A stretch of 64,000 bases of DNA from a virus. The notes under the pieces are model-generated. The model was given only the letters and a program-made list of their open reading frames with translations. It was not told the DNA's origin and searched no databases. Both the position numbers and the translations under genes were made by a program. This document shows, piece by piece, positions 61,593 to 64,000 of the stretch. The stretch covers positions 12,353 through 76,352 of the IMG/VR virus record IMGVR_UViG_3300010160_000036. One strand, given 5' to 3'. Numbering within the stretch: position 1 is the first letter of the stretch; each line of letters begins with the position of its first letter.

Positions 61593-62897
61593 ATGAAAAA
61601 AACATTTCCTATACAAAATGATGCTGCCTGCCTATATAAATGGGCATGGAGCACGTTATTCTTAAGCCGCGGCACAACTTCAAGCTGTCATCGAGGTCGT
61701 CATTGGAAATTGACAGAAGATAATTTCATGGACTTTCACAATCACCACGGTAAACTTGCTGACAGAGAAAAAATGGCAACCGGTGATTGGCCGGGCAATG
61801 GATGTGAATATTGCAGAGATGTTGAAAATGCAGGTGGTAAAAGTGATAGAACGGGATTTGTCAATGAGTCAATTGAATTGTTGCCACCTGAGTTTGAAGG
61901 ATTTGTACCCAAAGGAACTGAATTTGATCATATCCCTTTAAAAGTTAGTCCTACTTTACTTGAAGTCTATTTCAATAACGTATGCAATCAATCATGCGTA
62001 TACTGTACCCCCGGATTTAGTAGTAAGATTGAACAAGAAGTTCGTAAACATGGACCTAGTGAATTTAATAAAGATTACAGTGAATGGAATCCAAATTCAA
62101 AGTATGAATTATACAAAGAAAAGTTTTGGGAATGGATGGAAAAAAATAGTGAGCACGTGCAAATTTTACAAGTATTGGGCGGAGAGCCATTATATCAAAA
62201 AGAATTTGAACAGTGCTTAGATTTCTTTGACAAACACCCTAGACCTAATCTAGTATATCGCACATTTAGTAATTTAAAGCATGATCCAGAAAAATTCAAA
62301 GCTAAAATTCAACGTGTACAAAACCTAATAGATCAGGGCAAATTAAAACGTATGGAATTTGTCTGTAGTATTGATTGCTGGGGACCAGAGATTGAATATG
62401 TACGTGATGGATTAATATTAGTTGAGTGGGAACAAAACATGAATACATTGTTACACTCGTCAGGGGTAGGAGTATTAGTTCATGCTACACTCACTGTACT
62501 AACACTACCTACATTACATCAGTTAATAGAAAAAACAAATGAGTGGAGAAAGATTAAAGACTCGGTTGGTATTAATTGGAATACGGTAGTAAGACCGTCT
62601 ACATTTAATCCATACAATTTTGGAAAATACCTAGCACCGTTTATTGATGCGCCTATACGAGCATTAGAAAATTATAGCAACTCTGTAGAAAAAGAAAAAT
62701 TACAAACTCATTTAATGGGAATACAACAACAATTATTAACCTCCCCTGTAAACAAAAAAGAAGTCAATGATTGTGCAAATTTTTTAGATGACATAGACAA
62801 GCGAAGAAGTAGAGATTGGAGAGCAATATTCCCACAGATCGTAGAAATAGTAAATACTATTAACAAAGAGGAAACAGATTATGTTCAAGTGGATTAG
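61593..62897 (+). CDS. Radical SAM enzyme 11, N-terminal twitch-like domain (C/H type)
   Basis: CNQSCVYC, LGGEP; CLYKW..SCHR..CEYC. Confidence 0.92.
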   Translation: MKKTFPIQNDAACLYKWAWSTLFLSRGTTSSCHRGRHWKLTEDNFMDFHNHHGKLADREKMATGDWPGNGCEYCRDVENAGGKSDRTGFVNESIELLPPEFEGFVPKGTEFDHIPLKVSPTLLEVYFNNVCNQSCVYCTPGFSSKIEQEVRKHGPSEFNKDYSEWNPNSKYELYKEKFWEWMEKNSEHVQILQVLGGEPLYQKEFEQCLDFFDKHPRPNLVYRTFSNLKHDPEKFKAKIQRVQNLIDQGKLKRMEFVCSIDCWGPEIEYVRDGLILVEWEQNMNTLLHSSGVGVLVHATLTVLTLPTLHQLIEKTNEWRKIKDSVGINWNTVVRPSTFNPYNFGKYLAPFIDAPIRALENYSNSVEKEKLQTHLMGIQQQLLTSPVNKKEVNDCANFLDDIDKRRSRDWRAIFPQIVEIVNTINKEETDYVQVD

Positions 62898-62985
62898 AAA
62901 TTTATATCATAGTATAAAATCGGAAATTCGTTATCGTAAACGACTAAAAGAATTACGCAAAAGAGACCCATTTATCTATAAATGA
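62881..62985 (+). CDS. 34-aa basic peptide (not in ORF track)
   Basis: MFKWIRNLYHSIKSEIRYRKRLKELRKRDPFIYK*. GAGG SD upstream; ATGA overlap with the next gene. Confidence 0.7.
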   Translation: MFKWIRNLYHSIKSEIRYRKRLKELRKRDPFIYK

Positions 62986-63806
62986 TGAATTTAGTTAATT
63001 TATTAGATTCAGAGTCATTAGATGATGTAACTGGGTATACTAAAACAGAACATGTAATCTGGACTGATGAGCCATATAGAATTGATTTTGCATCACGTGA
63101 AGAAATTAAACATGCTAGTACATGGGAAGGCCCTAACTTTGATTACTATTTTAATAAATTAGGATTTAGATTCTCAGATGATATACCTAATAGTATAGAT
63201 ATGGGTGCATTTGGTTGTAGTTTTACAGCTGGATTAGGATTACCTGACAATTATCTTTGGCATAACTTACTAGCAAGTGAACTACAGTTAACTTCATTGA
63301 ATTTTGGTGTGTCAGGCGCATCTTGCAAATCGATTGCAGACTTGTTTTTAATTACATCTAAACATATACAAATGAAACACGCTGTGTTTTTATTACCTAG
63401 CTATAATAGAATGCAAATTGGAATAAAACATATAAAAAGAGATATGATGACTAACTTATCTTTGGTTCCCGGCTTGCAAAGTGAGTTGACACACAACTAT
63501 GGAGTAGATGTTGAAATGCTATATAAATATGTACCCAATGAAGAACAAATTAAAACTTTTAAAAACGACATATACTTGGTAGACTACATTGCAAAGAACA
63601 GAAACATTAAAGTATATTTCTCATCATGGGACAGAGAAACATATAATTTATTTAATAACTTAAAATTAAAAAATAGTATAGTATTGCCGCTTTGGAGTTC
63701 AGAAAGCAAAGAACAAGCTGAATCAGATTTAGCTAGAGATAAAAAACATCCCGGACCTATACATCATAAACAATGGGCTGATATTGTTATGGAATTTATT
63801 AAATGA
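62982..63806 (+). CDS. SGNH-fold hydrolase or acyltransferase-like protein
   Basis: N.LGFR, FGCSFT.G.G, NFGVSGAS, RDKKHPG (DxxH). Confidence 0.7.
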   Translation: MMNLVNLLDSESLDDVTGYTKTEHVIWTDEPYRIDFASREEIKHASTWEGPNFDYYFNKLGFRFSDDIPNSIDMGAFGCSFTAGLGLPDNYLWHNLLASELQLTSLNFGVSGASCKSIADLFLITSKHIQMKHAVFLLPSYNRMQIGIKHIKRDMMTNLSLVPGLQSELTHNYGVDVEMLYKYVPNEEQIKTFKNDIYLVDYIAKNRNIKVYFSSWDRETYNLFNNLKLKNSIVLPLWSSESKEQAESDLARDKKHPGPIHHKQWADIVMEFIK

Positions 63807-64000
63807 ACTATATAGGAATATCCTCAGGATTTCACGATGCCGCACTAAGTGTTATAGATGACAAAGGTAATATATTGTTTGCCGGTCACAGTGAACGCTA
63901 TAATAAAGATAAACATACAAAGCACTTGTGTTATGATATAGTTGAAGATGCACTATCATATACAACCTCACGTGATATCAAGATTCATTACTATGAACGC
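63803..64000 (+). CDS. Carbamoyltransferase (NodU/CmcH/TobZ family), N-terminal part, runs off the window
   Basis: Manual translation MNYIGISSGFHDAALSVIDDKGNILFAGHSERYNKDKH matches the family's GI...HD.A......G.I....ER..K.K start; ATGA overlap. Confidence 0.85.
   Translation, partial: MNYIGISSGFHDAALSVIDDKGNILFAGHSERYNKDKHTKHLCYDIVEDALSYTTSRDIKIHYYER

Noticed and set aside
20931-62220. Many 60-155 aa ORFs nested in or antisense to the large plus-strand genes
   Set aside because: They overlap well-supported genes and show shadow-ORF composition.
46850-62897. Radical SAM array as MoaA/PqqE/QueE/NrdG cofactor or 7-deazaguanine genes, or as an assembly artefact
   Set aside because: No partner genes of those pathways are in the window and the domain order differs. 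The copies are highly divergent, so not a mis-assembled repeat.
1-64000. Stop-codon reassignment, inteins, CRISPR arrays, tRNAs, DGR
   Set aside because: Genes are long and tightly packed under the standard code, with TAA, TGA and TAG all used as stops. No intein termini, repeat-spacer array, cloverleaf or reverse transcriptase was seen by eye; tRNAscan-SE and CRISPR finders were not run.

Overview
AT-rich segment of a large T4-like myovirus (contractile-tail Caudoviricetes) genome. No tRNA, rRNA or CRISPR array was seen. From left to right: (1) a tape-measure-like gene with a C-terminal lytic transglycosylase motif (<1-3209, minus strand, missing from the ORF track); (2) a divergent gp26-like assembly chaperone with a clean -1 frameshift signal into a gp51-like ORF; (3) a ~500-bp non-coding region holding a hairpin cluster and a ~360-nt highly structured candidate ncRNA; (4) a minus-strand block with Holliday junction resolvase, GIY-YIG endonuclease, gp46/gp47 (Rad50/Mre11-like), a cupin/2OG-Fe(II)-like ORF and the gp55-like late sigma factor; (5) a plus-strand baseplate/tail module (tube initiator, gp53, hub, gp5, gp25, gp6, a 6145-aa modular virion protein, fibre proteins); (6) directly after the fibres, a tightly packed operon of at least 21 kb behind late-promoter motifs. 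This operon encodes 3 GT-A glycosyltransferase-like proteins, a sulfotransferase-like protein, 11 radical SAM enzymes (10 in tandem; 10 with an N-terminal twitch-like domain), 3 SGNH-fold proteins, a 34-aa basic peptide and a carbamoyltransferase that runs off the window. The operon is the best candidate for an undescribed system, plausibly a phage glycan or virion-surface tailoring pathway. All functional calls come from motifs read by eye; no database search was run.
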